A DNA stretch of 64,000 nt from Trichoplax adhaerens (lineage: Eukaryota > Animalia > Placozoa): assembly GCF_000150275.1 (NCBI RefSeq), contig NW_002060944.1, positions 7,516,735 through 7,580,734 of the forward strand, given 5' to 3'. Below, piece by piece: positions 1 through 26,625 of this stretch. Position numbers and translations under genes: made by a program. The notes under the pieces are model-generated. The model was not told where the DNA came from. It did no database searches and was given only the letters and a program-made list of their open reading frames with translations. Every line of letters begins with the position of its first letter. Within the stretch, counting starts at the first letter, position 1.

Positions 1-82
1 TATCGTTTACTATTTCTCAGCTTTGACAATATCTGGCGTTGCGATTGCCTCGACTTTGATTCATGAATATTAAAATCTTTCA

Positions 83-3000
83 ATGTTGAACCATATAGAG
101 ACCCCGCGATCTTCAGTACCTGGCTCAGTAACTCATGATGATGATATTCTCCTCAGTAAACCGACATCAAGGCACACAAATCTCCATACTGGTCACCAAA
201 GTTCCATTATGGCACGGATGCCAAGCCAACAAGCAATCCAATCTGCTCCAGGAGCCAATTTAACTCGAAAAGATTGTCATAGACGTTGGGTTCGATCTAG
301 TCGATCAGGATTTCAATCCATACCTAACGATGAAAGGGAGGATCAAATTGAAGATGTTGAGGATGAGGATTATAGTCATGAACATCATGAACATAGAGCC
401 AAATTAATTAAGCAATACGCTTCCAATATGAAGAGAAAACGTGAAGAATATCAGTAAGATTTCTAGTTTTCTTATAGAACAAAATTCAGATCGAATTAAA
501 ATATTCTCCTTACTCTAGATCAATTTCTGACATATACAATTATATATACAGTATCTCTCTCTCACCCTTTTTCGAGCTATTTTTAATTCAAGTATGTCAC
601 TATCAACTTGATTCAAACTTGCTAATGGGATCATCTATCGATATTTAAGGAAATTACAAAAAGCTACAGCATTGAAATATGGAAATCAAGGTCATCGTGA
701 TAGAAAGCAAAAAGGGGTAAATTCTATAGATATTGTAAATAGAGACTGTTACCTTGCTTGACTAACTTTATAAATAACTGGTGATAGAGCTGAAATGCCC
801 TATAAGATTTCGGTAATAAGTTTGCTAGCTTTTAAGTAAATAGAAGTTAATTTTTCCCTCTCTTCCTATACAATGCAGATTTGGCAATCAGTAAAGCAAG
901 GATTTCATGAAAACTTTAGCTTTAGCTTATGGAGATCACATTTAAAAGAAGTAGAAGGTAATATCGATCCTAGTTAGTCCATAACTGCTGCAATATGAAT
1001 TATCATTTATATCAATATCTTTAGGCCAATTTGGCAATGGTGTTCTATCCTATTTCATCTTCCTACGATGGTTATTCTACCTTAATTTAATGCTAGGCTT
1101 AATGTGGTTTGGTTTTTTATGTGTGCCAGAAATTCTACTTGCCCATCGAAACGTGGTCTCTTTTGATTATGCTACCTTTAATATTTCTCAATCCATTGCT
1201 AACACCACAACAGGGGCTAGCATTTACTGTAGTCCAGATTATATCGCTAATACAACATCAACAACCCATTTGTTTATTGTTATTATTAGTGGCAAGGTAG
1301 TCTAGCATTTATGAACTGCCATTTTAATCTTCGTTCATGTTTCTTTTATCCGTTTCAATTTGCTTTTCTCCTCTATTTTAGGGACAAATGGAATGCAGCC
1401 AGCTCTTTTATGGCAATTATACCGCTGATGTTGTTCATACACCAAATATACCCATCTATTATAGTATGCCATTTGTATATTTTGTGGTAACCCTCGTCCA
1501 TTTTATATTAAGTCTTGTCCTAGTTGCTAGAAGGTAAAATTTAGGTAGAAAATTCACCTTATATTAATAGATAAATTGCATAAGTTTGTTAGTCTACACG
1601 AATTCGATTAGAAGTAATAGGTAGATCTGTAGTTTAAATTATTTCTATCGATTTCTGCGTTGCTGAATTTTGGTAGGAAAAAATGATTACTAGATTTTAC
1701 TTTCAACCTAATTTTATCCAGTGCCTCCAATGCCTATCAGAAAAGCTATATTGAAGGCGGTAGTAGTGTCCATCAATTCTGTAATAAGCTATTTGGTGGT
1801 TGGGATTATTGTATTTGTGAGCAGAAAGCGGCAGAACTGAAAATGAAAAGCATTGCACATGATATGAAGGTAATTTAGAAGTGATATTAATGTTCATTTC
1901 TCTGGTTTATTTACGGCAGACGGTGTTAATGATGATATTTTACGGCTTGTTATTTATCTATATTATTATTTACACGATAGTTACTCCGAGTGTAGCTTGT
2001 AAATTAGATCACTTTATTGTGTTACTTGTACTTATTTCCTTCCACTAAGAGCACTGCATGCTATCATGATACGCGAATTCTACTAGCTATATTAAAGGCC
2101 ATAATCTAGGCTATGCTATATCACATAGTAAAAATCTTGCATAACCATATTTAGAGTAACAGAGCCTTTCCATATTAATATTAAATATTACATACTCATC
2201 TAATTACTTATTTTTACAATACTATACATATCATACAGTTTATAAATATAGTTCCTAACCATTAGATATTAATCTTAAATATTACTTTCTCATCTAATTT
2301 TACCTTACAATTATAGTTACTTATTTTTGACAATACTGTACATATTATGTACCAGGCAATGATTTCCTTTTAATCTACCGTCAAATATTAATACTATGCA
2401 ATTAAAATTATGCAAGCTAAATTAATTAAAAAGAAAGCGGAGCTACCTAACTTTCTTTTGTGGCTTCCTATTTATTCTTCTTCAGGTTGATTTAGCTGAA
2501 GAAATTCGAGCAATAGAGTCAAAGTTGAGGAATAAAAAAGAGAAATGTACAATTTATCTCAAACGCATCCTTGTTAATCTCATCATCCTAGGCATATTAA
2601 GTGCAGCTGGTGCTGCTATTTACTATGCTGCTAAAGAGACCATCGATGTAAGCTATTTTCTCTCGTTGAATTCTAAAAATGGAAACCATAATTATCTACA
2701 ACTAGTTAATCAATCTTTAATTTTCATTTTAAATTGTAATCTTTTAAAATTTTCAATCAATTTTTAATCATATTTTGCGATGTTTCTTCTCATCTCCAAT
2801 AAAAATCCCTTCCTAATGCTTTTACTACTATTATAATTACGTTATTATTCTTCAAGAGCCAAACAACTTCTGCCAGCTCTGCATTTTTGCAGCTACTAAG
2901 AAATTACACTGCTTCGCTCACTATTTCTGGTTTAAATATTATTTTACCGCCTATCTTCAGTATTCTCATTTTATATGAGAACTACAGTCCGAACTTTGAA

Positions 3001-6000
3001 GTCCAGTTAACACTTCTCAGGTATATTCCCCTTTCGACTGTAATAGTAGAAAATTTGAAAGTTTTCGATCTTACATTATATATTTGTATACGACTTATCT
3101 CGATGATGATATAATCACTTTGAAATAGGACTGTATTCCTCAAGTTGGCATCGATCATCTTCCTACTGGCTTCATTATTTACAGTTACTCGCAACGCAGC
3201 ATCAGGTGGATCAGATACTATTTTAGTAAGTAAAATGTTATTAGATTTCTAATTAATGATGCAAATTGAGTATGACAGGAATAGCTTGTGATATAATAAG
3301 GCTTAAGCTATCGTGAATTCAATTCACGCTCATCTCTAGTATTTGCTTACAATTTAAGTTAACGAATTATTCTCTAACATCGTTCTTCATTAGTGTTGGG
3401 AAACTTACGTTGGACAAGAATTATTTAAATTAGTCGTGGTTAATTTTTTTGTTGTTGTCTTTGCTACAATACTTGTAGAATTTCCTCAGAGGTATGCTTT
3501 GACACGTTTTTATCTAAGTACAGTAGATGTTTCGTTATTTGTAAGTATGAATAGTGTTATATATGTTTTGAACATGTTGGAAATTTCTTACAGATTTATA
3601 GCTGATAGGATCAGATCTCAAACGATATGTTGTATTCCAATCTATCCGCCCGAATTTCAAATTCCTAAAAATGTTTTGGATTTAGTCTACGCACAAGTAT
3701 TGTGTTGGTAAGTAACATCATTAATAATATCGCATAAGGCGCTTGGTCTCTCCTTATCTATTTTCGATGAATTTAAAAAAAAGATTGATAAAAGTATTTA
3801 GTATTTTAAGATGTTCAATAAGACATCTTACATGATAGTAAAATCTACACTGCTACCTTCTGCCTTAACCTTATAGCTTTGTACTTGAAGATATAGAAAA
3901 CAAACAATCTATAATATAATCTATTGCAATATGGCTGTGCTACTATATATTTTATAGGGTGCTGCTAAATTTTTAGCGGCTTACTTATAGAATTCTGCTA
4001 ACGTCTATTCCATATCAATCTTATATTATGTTTTATAAATAGGCTAGGTGCATTTTATTGCCCTATGGTTCCTCTGATGATTGTTGTCTCCCTAGTGGTC
4101 ATCTTTTACGTCAAAAAGGTTAAAAGATGTAGTTTCAATAAATTTTTTCAACACCATTTCGTAATTAAGAATTTTGCAAATTTTATATCATGATAAACTT
4201 CATCTATAATCAAGTTATAGGTCGCTACTACATGGTATTTAATCAATTATTCATTAAATTTATATGAGTAAAATTGAAGTAGAGTCTGATGTTAAATTAC
4301 AAATTATATTATCATGATGGGCTTCATCAGTAATTATGTTAAAGATTGTAATTGCACAATTTATTGACTCGTTTCTTGGAGCAAATAGACATCGAATCAG
4401 AAATTGAGTCCGACATTAATTTATCAAATTTTATATCATCGAGAGAATAGATTTCTACTAAAAACAGAAAGAACCAAATATCATATCGTGTAGTGATACT
4501 AATACTATAATTTCTCACTTTTAGATCAGTTTAGTCTACAATAACCACCCGTCGCAACGTCCTTACCGTACATCAAAATCAAATTCATTTTTTATGTTGC
4601 TTTTGATTATTTCCTATTTCCTAGCTGCAATACCGGTTGGTTATGGCTGGGCCAAGTTAGTAAATTTATTATTATCGACTCTTCATTCTTCTTATGACTA
4701 TTAAATGTTAAATAGTTGTATTCAATGGAGTTTTTGGGCTTTAATATGATTACTGTAACTTAGCTTACTGATAAATGATTTCTTTTATTAGTTTAACTCC
4801 ATCAAAGCAGTGTGGACCTTACAGGTATATTGGATGGATTAGGATTAATAAAATATCAATGGTAACGCTAAATATGTCATCTAATTATATTAATAATTTC
4901 TTGTGTTTAATACAGGAGCCAGTCTACTGTTATTGATGCGATAACGATAATCGTAAAAAAGAACTTACCTACTATTGCTTGGGATATTCTCAGTTTTATA
5001 TTCTCTGCCGGATTTATTATACCTTTGATCCTGATCATGAGGTAACGCGTGGTTATAATTCTTGTCATAATCAGCCATAGTCGCTCGATTGAAGAGTAAA
5101 TTACACAGCTTACTTATATTGGTTATTTTTTACTATAAAATACTTTACATGATTAATTACCACAAGGAAGATTATTATCTCCAGCATCTTTACCTACTCC
5201 TGTACTTTTATGGGATATTGTGACATGAGATTTTATTATTTGGGATATAGTAGACTTGACGGTATACGAATTTAGTACCAAACTATTGCGTGCTTTTTGC
5301 TACTCTTCATTTCTATCCAAATCTCTTTCTTCATTCTCCTATTATTACAGAATAATTACAGCTTTTGTGGCTTTTACGCTACAATTACCTCCAATCGATA
5401 TCATTATAACCATTTTAGCAGTTACTATAGCCAACTACTGAATAAGTACGGAAAAATAATCATTGGTTAAAATATTCTCTATGGTCTTTATAATTTTTTC
5501 TAAATCGGCTACGTGTATCGTATAGCTAACAGCTGTAGCTATTAGTATTGTAATATGATTTTAGGAATCAACCAGCTTTTGTAGCTTATCCGAATATAGA
5601 AGTAATTTTTTATAGGTTAAAATGGTCTGTCTATTCTTCATAATTTATCTAAATCAGTTGTATTTATGACATGGCTATCTAAGCATTTTTTCCAATCGAA
5701 TATGCAATAATGTTATTTTTTTGCCAAACTGGAATATTTCTAGTACAAATTATTAAAATCTTTTTCTTAATTTGATGTCTACAAAGTAATTTTTATTATA
5801 GTTTTTAATACCTAGTATAACTTATTTGACTATACTAGTATTTTAAAATTATGTACTCATTTATATCTATCGTCAATATACATTTATTTTTCTCTATATA
5901 TAGTCTTATACTTTATTACTTTCGATCCTTGGCGAAGGCTCGTATTATCAAAATTCAGTTACTGAAAGAACAACTAGTGATGGTGAGGATAGATTGATGG

Positions 6001-6213
6001 ATATGCGTATAAATGTGCATCTAATTCAAATACATTTCACATTTTTCAATTTATGCTTAGCATGGACAATTTTAAGAAATCTTTTGTTTGCGTAATCTGA
6101 TAAAAAATTGTAAAAAATGACTTTCTGAAAAATAGGAGGGAAGAGATAAATCATTTCTGTTGGAACAAATCGGTCAGACAGAAGAAAGATTACAAAGACT
6201 AATAGAGAATTGA
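83..6213 (+). CDS. TMC7: Transmembrane channel-like protein (TMC4-8 / TMC7-like), ~17 exons
   Basis: Spliced in frame: 83-453, 650-716, 879-957, 1025-1296, 1382-1533, 1722-1869, 2486-2647, 2857-3020, 3129-3225, 3394-3491, 3594-3707, 4043-4118, 4525-4655, 4792-4824, 4916-5041, 5904-5982, 6137-6213 (TGA). Motifs include [35 protein letters not shown], the TMC signature [59 protein letters not shown] and LKEQLVMEGRDKSFL. The family call is secure; the paralogue name is approximate. Confidence 0.9.
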
Positions 6214-8118
6214 TCGTTGTTGTATAGGTGGTATTTGGGTATCCTACGATCTTTCTTCATCTGATGGCTATAATATAATTATAATTACTTAAATACAATA
6301 ACAATATCAGCACAGAGATCATAAAATCAATAACACGTGTACCAGCGGCTATTTCATAGAATAATTATGCTTAAAGTCTATCAATATTTAAATAATTGAC
6401 TAGGTATGACAGATTACGATACCGTATCTTTGTAAAAACTTCTTCTGCTTGTATATATATATATACATTCATTTATTAGCTGACTGTGGTCACTTTAAGC
6501 CTTCTTACCTTTTACAGTGTTTTACTATAGTACTATCGCAATGATTGGTGATATTTGGTTGTTATCTGCATCAATTTGAAACTAGCTCTTAGCTTAGCAA
6601 CATTTATGACATACGTATACATTCTATATGTCCGACGAAAAAAAACTTTAACAGTGAATTATAGCAACAAATTGTAAATACGTGATGTGCAAACTTTACT
6701 TACGGTAATTTATTAAATTTTAATTTGAACATTTTTGATATTTATGTTTATCGTGATAGTGAATGTAATGCGGATTAAATCAAATTACGTACTCAATACA
6801 TATCACCAAATAATGAGATTATCATTTATCATTTAGGCTTTACTTTTCATCTCTTACAATTCTTGAAATATTAAACTAAAGTTATCGTGATTATATTTCA
6901 TGACTACTGTTTATCACTATAATATTGGTTATTTCGAATAAATTGTCAATAAAATAGGCTAAAGCCATGCGCTGAATAACTAAATAGGAGAATATTGCTT
7001 CAATGTTGGAAAGTTAATTTCGCAGAAGAAAGATCGCATCATTTCATCACATCGTAATATTAAACATGCAATAGGAGTAATCCTTAGCCTACGCTTACTT
7101 ATGAAATGGTGAAAGTTATATATTGAATGATCCTATTAGTTAATTAAATGGAGAAATGAGAATATTAAGGCAGTAAAAACTTAGGGGTCAATTTCCTTTA
7201 TTTTCACCAGATCAGTCAACCAATATTAGTTAATCTACTTATTATTAAGTCAATCAAGGCAAAGGCGAACATTATTACCGCAAAAATTAATAAGCACTTA
7301 CATTGACAAATCGATCAAATATATAGTGTTAATTAAATAATTATTACAGCGTGTATGCAAATACGCGACCATTATACTTAAAAAGATCATATTTCATGCT
7401 TAAAAACATTCAGCCAGTTGCTTTGGAAGATCATATCTACATGCTAGCACAGTATGTAATACCATAACGTTTATAGCTGAAAGACTACGTAGAAATTTTT
7501 GTGTAAGCACGTACGAACACTTTTCGTTGAAATGCCTATACTTATACAGAAAACTGTTGATTATAATCAATATCATACTAGTGCACCGTGCGACATGATC
7601 TCAGGTTATTCTAGAAAGCCGGAATGCATAATACATAAAATTTTAAGTCTGAAATCTACGAAATTTTCCTATCATTCTTCTCTATTTCAAACTAACATTA
7701 ATAAAACATAGATGCATATTATGCGACGTCAAACTTAAAGAACCCATTAACAAGAATTTCTAATAAATTACAGGCTCAGAAAGGATACCAATTTTAGTGA
7801 ATGCCAAATAATTTAAGTGTTTATCACCCACATGACACTATCATCATTTGATACTCATATATTATAATTACATACCATTGATAGATGCCATGATGTGAAA
7901 CGCTTGAGTAATAATTTGAATTAATTATTATTATAATTGATATAATTACATCGGAACATACATTGTCGTACTAGGGCAGACTTTAAATTTTAAAATTAAG
8001 GTAATAATAAGTAAATTACGCATAAAATTAGTTCGTGCGAAAGTATTGTGCAGTTATTACAAGCAATCGAAACTTGCTAGATCATATTTTCTATTTTTTC
8101 ACATATTTATAGCGGTAT

Positions 8119-19700
<11,582 letters not shown>

Positions 19701-19875
19701 ATTTTCACCCCTAGAATGTCAATGGATCTCGCCTCCAAAGTACAGAATTGATCAAAAGTTCACCCAAAGAGTTTTATTGGCGATTTTTGGAAAAAAAAGT
19801 TAACGTAATTATAAGAGTTTATCAAGTAGAAAAATGGCAGAAAGTTGCAATAATATTAATAATATTTTTATTATT

Positions 19876-20185
19876 ATACTGCACTACAGTACATTCATTC
19901 TTATTATCCTTCTACTGTACTGTACTGACTGAATACAGTACAGTACTGCGGTCTACTGTATACTGTACAGTATACTGTACGATACAGTGCATGTTCAGTA
20001 CAGTGACTTTCGTGACGTCAATACTGTAGTGTACAGTACAATACGCCAACGCACAGCACTGTACACTTGTACAGCCGATCATGCACTGACGCTAGTTAGT
20101 GGACGTTTGTAGTTCGTGTTGCATCATGCGGGACGATCTGGTACTACCATGTACAATACTATAGACTGTAAAATGTACAGTACTG
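19876..20185. repeat. TACAGTA/TACTGTA cluster (PKC upstream)
   Basis: Dense CAGTA/CTGTA pentamers, e.g. TACTGTACTGTACTG and TACAGTACAGTACTG. Confidence 0.9.
20013..20020. promoter_or_regulatory. CRE (CREB/ATF) palindrome in the PKC/CFAP52 divergent promoter
   Basis: TGACGTCA, ~310 bp upstream of the PKC ATG. Confidence 0.4.
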
Positions 20186-21039
20186 GACGCCCATCTGGTA
20201 CTACAATGTCGCCTACTGTGACGATAGCCAGCAGCCATACTAATCACCATTGGCCCGCCCTAGACAGAAATCGATTGTGAGTCATTTACTTTAAATGATT
20301 CCAGTACACGCCCGACCGACCTCCCGGACCGAACCTTTTCGTCCAGGTCTAGCCTGACATTATTGAGCAACATGGTAGTCCCCAAAATAGGTCTTCAGTC
20401 AGTGTAGTAGAGTCAATTGGAAATTTGACTACTGGAACTTTATGAGTCGTATACTAAATCATTGAATAAAAAAACATGACAGTATACACTTTCATTGCAT
20501 AGACTACAGTAAAAATAAAATGGATTAATTAAATTAACATCATCCATTTTTCTCTTCAATTCATTCATTAGGGTGATACAGTCTCATACGTCTAGCAGCA
20601 TCCTTTCGCCTCTTGACGAATTGACACAGCATAGTTACCCAATACTAATGTCAAGTTGCAAATAAGGAAGTAATCTGTTAGTACGCCACTGTTACAGACT
20701 ATCTAAAAGCACCATTTCATCGATCTACAGTGTATTCTTGAACGAGCCAACTAACAACGGCTGTTAAGCCTACAGTATACAGCAATACTGCACTACGCTG
20801 TTCATACAGGTTACCTTGATCATCCTGTATGTACAAAATGATATATTTTGACTCCGCATATGACGATAGTATACTTCAATTGATAAAAAGATATCTCTAT
20901 GTTTTGACTACGTTATCACCATTCGCTAATTGAGACTTAGTCAATCCCATCAAGGTGTACAAAAAACCTCTATGGTCATTCCACTATACTAAACTGGACA
21001 TTATAGTACTGTATGTTATTCGTATTCAATTTGTTGATG

Positions 21040-21052
21040 GTTGCTTAGCAAC
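21040..21052. promoter_or_regulatory. RFX X-box upstream of CFAP52
   Basis: GTTGCTTAGCAAC, near-palindromic, ~160 bp upstream of the CFAP52 ATG. X-boxes typify ciliary gene promoters. Confidence 0.8.
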
Positions 21053-21210
21053 TAAATCCAAGCACATCAGATTGGGCTAGCGCTCCGTGCGGTGTACGGC
21101 GTATACTTATCAGCTATCCCTCAATTGAATTTCTGTGACAAACTGTAGATAGAGTTTATTTGCGAAACATACTATAATTGATAACTCTACGCGCACTTCA
21201 AAGTTTCATC

Positions 21211-24200
21211 ATGGAAGAATCTGGTGGACAAACTCGTCAATTACAACTGGCGTCAACAATTGGATTTTCAGGTACTTGCGCAGGCTATCACAAGCGTTGC
21301 AGAGTTGTAACTTAATATGATCACAGATGATTGAATATTGATTTCATTTACAACGCTAGATCAACTTACTAGCTAAAAACTTGTTCTAACGGATAGAATC
21401 ATACTAAAACCATAGTAGTTTGTTTAAAAAGAATATTCAAGATAGATTTATTTTGTTAATTTTCTCTGAATTGACACTCTACGCACCAGGTTATACTAAA
21501 CTAAAAAGAATCATTTTTTTTCATAAAATTTCATCTTACTAAATGATCTTCAATTATTGACACTCATCCAATGTTTAACACCAACTCTTACTGTATCTTA
21601 GTGTATGCTATACGATTAATAGTGTACAATGTGATAAATTTACAAAACTAGACGTAAACTAATGGAAACCTTGATAACTTAAGAAAAAATTGAAGAAAAT
21701 ACGCACTTTAATTGCCTATAGACTAATCGTTCAACGCATTAACAAAATATCTACAACTTGCTTAAATAGGAGATATTCACAAGGGCTTACTCGTTCATCC
21801 TGATCGCCAACACTTAGTTCATGCTATTGGCAGCACGATCGTGATTCAAGATTTGGCAGATGGTTCTCAAAAATTTCTCGTTGGTCATACTGGTGATGTT
21901 TCCTGCCTTACAGTATCTCGTAGTGGAAGATATATTGCATCTGGCCAAGTGGCGCCAATGGGATTCAAAGTATGGTGATCGTAAATTAGAAGATATATAT
22001 ATTCTTTCCGAATAATTGTTTACATGGAATTGCATATAATCTATACATTTGATTAAGGCATTCGTAAGCATGATCTTTAATAAATTTTTGTTGATCTCAG
22101 GCTGAAATAATTATATGGGATTTTGAAAAGAGAACATTAAAGTGCAGGCTAACGCTTCATAAAGTTAGAGTTTATGCTCTTGCCTTTTCACCCAACGACA
22201 AATTTCTTGTATCACTCGGAGGACAAGATGATGGAAGGTATACGCAATAACTTAGCCGTACTATTATGATCACATAACATATTTAATTTATTTTATTACA
22301 AGCTAAATTAATTCAAGGCTCTATATAAAGCTACAGGTTAAAGAATTCACTTTTATTCATTCTTTATGTTATAGTGTTGTAGTTTGGGATGTTGCTTCTG
22401 AACAAGCAATTTGTGGAAGCCCTGCAGCTCTGCAAAGTGCTGGCGTTACATATGCAATTGCATACGCCAACAACAATGATTATAAATTCGTTACTGGCGG
22501 AAAGTATGATAATATCAAGTTAATAGTGTAGATATAGTTAATATCTTTCAACCGCTTCGAAAATAATTTATTTAAATTCTATTATAGTCAAACCCTGCGC
22601 ATATGGGAATTAGACTTACCCAACAGAAAGATCAGACCTACCGATTGTGGATTAGGGCAATTAAAACGTGTGGTGAAATGCATTGAGGTATGAACACAAA
22701 TTAGCTAATCGATACCATAGCTGTAAAATATCACGTTTTCGCCATTAACACAATTATGTTATAAAACTTGTTTCAGATAAATGAAGATGATAGTGTATTT
22801 TACTGTGGTACAACAACTGGAGATATTTTGCAGGTTTTTAAACATTATGTTATCGCTAGTATGTTAACTATTTTAAATATAAATTTTTCATTGCTATGCT
22901 TTTAACGTACAACAACTATTGATATTATCCGAATACTGACTGTTAGAATAATATATCGTGCATTACTTTGACAGGTTAATATGAATACTCATCTAATGAA
23001 AGATTACGGTCCCCAAAAAGAACGTCTTAGCTTAGGAATTTTATCATTGAGTTTGCTAACTACTGGAGATATTCTCGCTGGTGCGGGCGATGGAACAGTC
23101 GCTTTAATAAGCGGTGCCGCTTTTGCTAAGAAAAAGTAAATTCAATTACTCCTAACTATTGAAAGCCTATAAATATTTAGAATATTTAACGGAAAATAGA
23201 GACTGGTAAAGCTACCTAAGTTGATTATTAACGATATTGCTTTCTTAGAAATTATATCAAGAATTCAGTCAAGGTTCAAGGACCGGTAACATCAATCAGC
23301 CTTAGAGGACAGGGTCATCAGGTTGATATAATATAATAAGATTTAATTTTAGCAATTTACTAGTCACGAAATAGAATGGCTTTTGCCTTGCACGAACGCG
23401 TCGTCATTGAAGTTCTGATTACGATTAGACCTGTAATTATTCATGGAAAATAACTATTTGATAATAATTCTTGATTTACTGTTTATCCAAATAGTTTTTT
23501 GTTGGAACAGAACGTTCCGAAATATATCGCTTCAATCTTGCGGATTTTTCCAATGAACTGATCACCACTTGCCATTACAGCGCAATCAATGATATAAACT
23601 TTCCTTTGTAAGTATTCGAATAATTGATTTAACAAAAGTGTAGATGAAAAAAAATTACGATATGCTAGATTATGACAGTCTGTAATTACCGAACTGAGAT
23701 ATTTCGAACACAGGGTATTATGATTAATCAACAGATGAATTCTCAAAAAACGTTAATTGTAGCCTGATTTCACTTCCATTTCTTTTAGTGGTTACTCTGA
23801 TGTATTTGCCACATGCTCCAAGAACGATATTAGAGTTTGGAATGCAAATAATAATAGACTTCTTTTGCGTATTACGGTGCCAAACATTGTATGTGAGACA
23901 ATCGACTTCACTCGTGACGGGAAAACTATCATTAGCGGTATCTATATATGCTACAGATACTTTCATTTAACTTTAGTCGAAATTTTTTAATCATAATCTA
24001 TGTATAATTCAGGATGGAATGACGGTAAGATAAGGGCTTTTACGCCAGAAAGTGGAAAGGAAATTTATACCCTTCATGATGCTCACAACAAGGTAAAACA
24101 CTTGTCGCTACTAGAATGTAAGGTTATGGGTTAAATAGATTATCAGTCTGTTTTCCGTAATGGACGGTAAAGTAACATGATGCTATTGAAATTGATACTT

Positions 24201-25472
24201 TAGGGTGTTACAGCCATAGCCTCAACAAGTGATTGTCAGAGAATTATTAGTGGTGGAGGTGAAGGTCAAGTACGCGTTTGGCAAATATCTGCTAAGAAGC
24301 AAACTTTACTGGAAGCCATGAAAGAACATAAAGGTTCAACTTTTATTTTCATTTATTCACAATTTGAGCACCAAACTGAGCATTCTGATACTGTAATACG
24401 TTGTTACACTTACGTATAACAGAGTAATACCTTAGAGTGAAATTTACAATTATTTTTACCGTTTCGTATGGCTTTGAGGTAAATCTTAAATATTACTGAT
24501 TATTCTGTTTTACAATATATAGGAAGTGTTTCATGTATTAAGATACGAAAAAATGACCAAGAGGTAATAAAATAGCTTCTATCCTTGCTTCGGAATGATA
24601 AAATCTCTAAGTCTGATAAGTAAAGCATTTCTACGCTCCCATGTGGTAAATTTAATTTTTTTTTCTTTAACAATGATAGTGCGTTACAGCCAGCACCGAT
24701 GGTACCTGTATAATTTGGGATTTACAGTAAGTTGATTGAGTTTGAATTATTTCGAGACATCTTCCCAGCAATTTAATCAGCGCTGGTAATATTTGTAGTA
24801 AAAATGCACAACAACTAACTTTTTACTGGTGTATCCTTCATTCATATAGACGATTTGTACGAAATCAGATTATATTTGCAAATACATTATTCAAGGGTGT
24901 TTGCTATCGTCCGGATGAATGTCAGATAATTACATGCGGAACCGATCGTAAGGTATTGTATATTGTACTGTATTACGCGTACTCTAAAGTTTGACCATTA
25001 CAATTTCTAAAGGTTCATACGCAAAATAAATGTACTAAAGGTAGTTTGAGCGATGTAATTACTGTCGTAGCAAAATTGATCATACTTTTCTCTAATTTTA
25101 CTTAATATCATAGATTGGGTATTGGGAAACTTACGATGGTACTCAGATACGTGAATTGGAAGGCTCCAAGAGTTCAATTAATGGCATGGATATTGCTCCA
25201 GATGGGCTTTTCGTTGTTACTGGTGGTGCCGACAAAGTGATAAGGGTAAGCCAACTTCAGTATCATTCCTTATTATATTTTCATATATTCCTCAGCCTTC
25301 TTTATGCAATTTATAGATGTGGAAATACAATGATGGAGAGGTGGAATATGTTGGATATGGGCATAGCAGCGATATTTCACGCCTCAGAATTTGCCCTAAT
25401 CAAAAACATATCGTTAGTGTCAGTGTTGATGGCGCTGTAATGCGTTGGAAATATCCATCGACTTTTGCGTAG
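21211..25472 (+). CDS. CFAP52: Cilia- and flagella-associated protein 52 (WDR16), WD40 microtubule inner protein, multi-exon
   Basis: Exon 1 MEESGGQTRQLQLASTIGFS(G). Later exons give HPDRQHLVHAIG, GRYIASGQVAPMGFK, LAFSPNDKFLVSLGGQDDG, LRIWELDLPNRKIRPTDC, FYCGTTTGDIL, WNDGKIRAFTPESG, IISGGGEGQVRVW, ASTDGTCIIWDL and VSVSVDGAVMRWKYPSTFA*. These are colinear with vertebrate CFAP52. Confidence 0.95.
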
Positions 25473-26625
25473 AAGCTCAATCAAAATGATTACACAAGCT
25501 TCACTGATATTGCGTTACAGTTTTTATCCAACTGTAATATCACTGTCCGTAATATTAATTTCCAACAAACGCATTTTACTTCAATATGCTATCAAAATAA
25601 ACATAACTTTATGGCTCTCTTTTTAGAATAATGCGCTTTTGATTACTTCAATAAATGTAGTAATAGTTGCAATTACTGTATATTGCTACCACCTAACTTT
25701 GAATTTACTTAAAATTTATTGGTAACGTAATACGATACCGTGCAAGTATCTTAATAAAAACATAAGAAATTTACAGTGCAGTCTTTATAGCGCTGAAGTT
25801 GAGAGCTATCTTCAATTAGCAAAGATGCTTGAGCTGTGCTTGTCCGTCACACTTCTTGATTTGTATATCATTACATTTTATTGGTATTTATAACATGAAA
25901 ACTGTTAATGCTATGATTGCTATCTTACAAATGATTTTACTAGTGTATTCTTAGTGATAGGTAAACTCCTCAATGGTAGTATATCCATGCAAAATTATTG
26001 TAGAATTATTAAGGCAACCAATTTGTTAATAAAAGTTTAACAGACTTTCATGCGAGGTATAAACAATTTTTTCCTTCTTGCTATTATAGCTTTTTTGTGC
26101 ACATTTGATTAGTCTGGTGATGACATAACTGTATTAACTACATGCTCATAAATATCATATTAATAAAACAAGATTGGTATCTACAAGTATTACTTTAAAA
26201 TAAATTTTTTTCCAAAGAAACTTACAATATTATCAACATCATCTTTTGAAATAAATTGTTAATATATACTCACACATCAACAACAGTTCAGTAACAAAAC
26301 TAAGACGTCATCTTAATCATAAGGTCTTATAGAGGATCTGATATAGAAAGAAAATGACAGCATAGACACATCACAGTAAAATTAAAAATGTAGTTTATCA
26401 TGTGGGTACGTCAATACATTGCACAATAATTTGATGTTAAAATAAAGTACTATATTTATTTAATGTAAACTGTCAGAACGATAAGTTATCTCTAGATAAC
26501 AGCCACATTAATAATAGTGGCCATAAAGTTTGTAAGTAATAGTTACAGCCTCACAAATTTACAAAATGATAACCCTACTATAAGAAATTGTAGGTTTATT
26601 TGCCAGTAAGCTATGAGTTCCTTGT

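Noticed and set aside
19748-20029. ORFs rich in YCTV/STV/QYS (also 27876, 33099, 54943, 62468)
   Set aside because: These are translations of the CAGTA/CTGTA arrays, not proteins.
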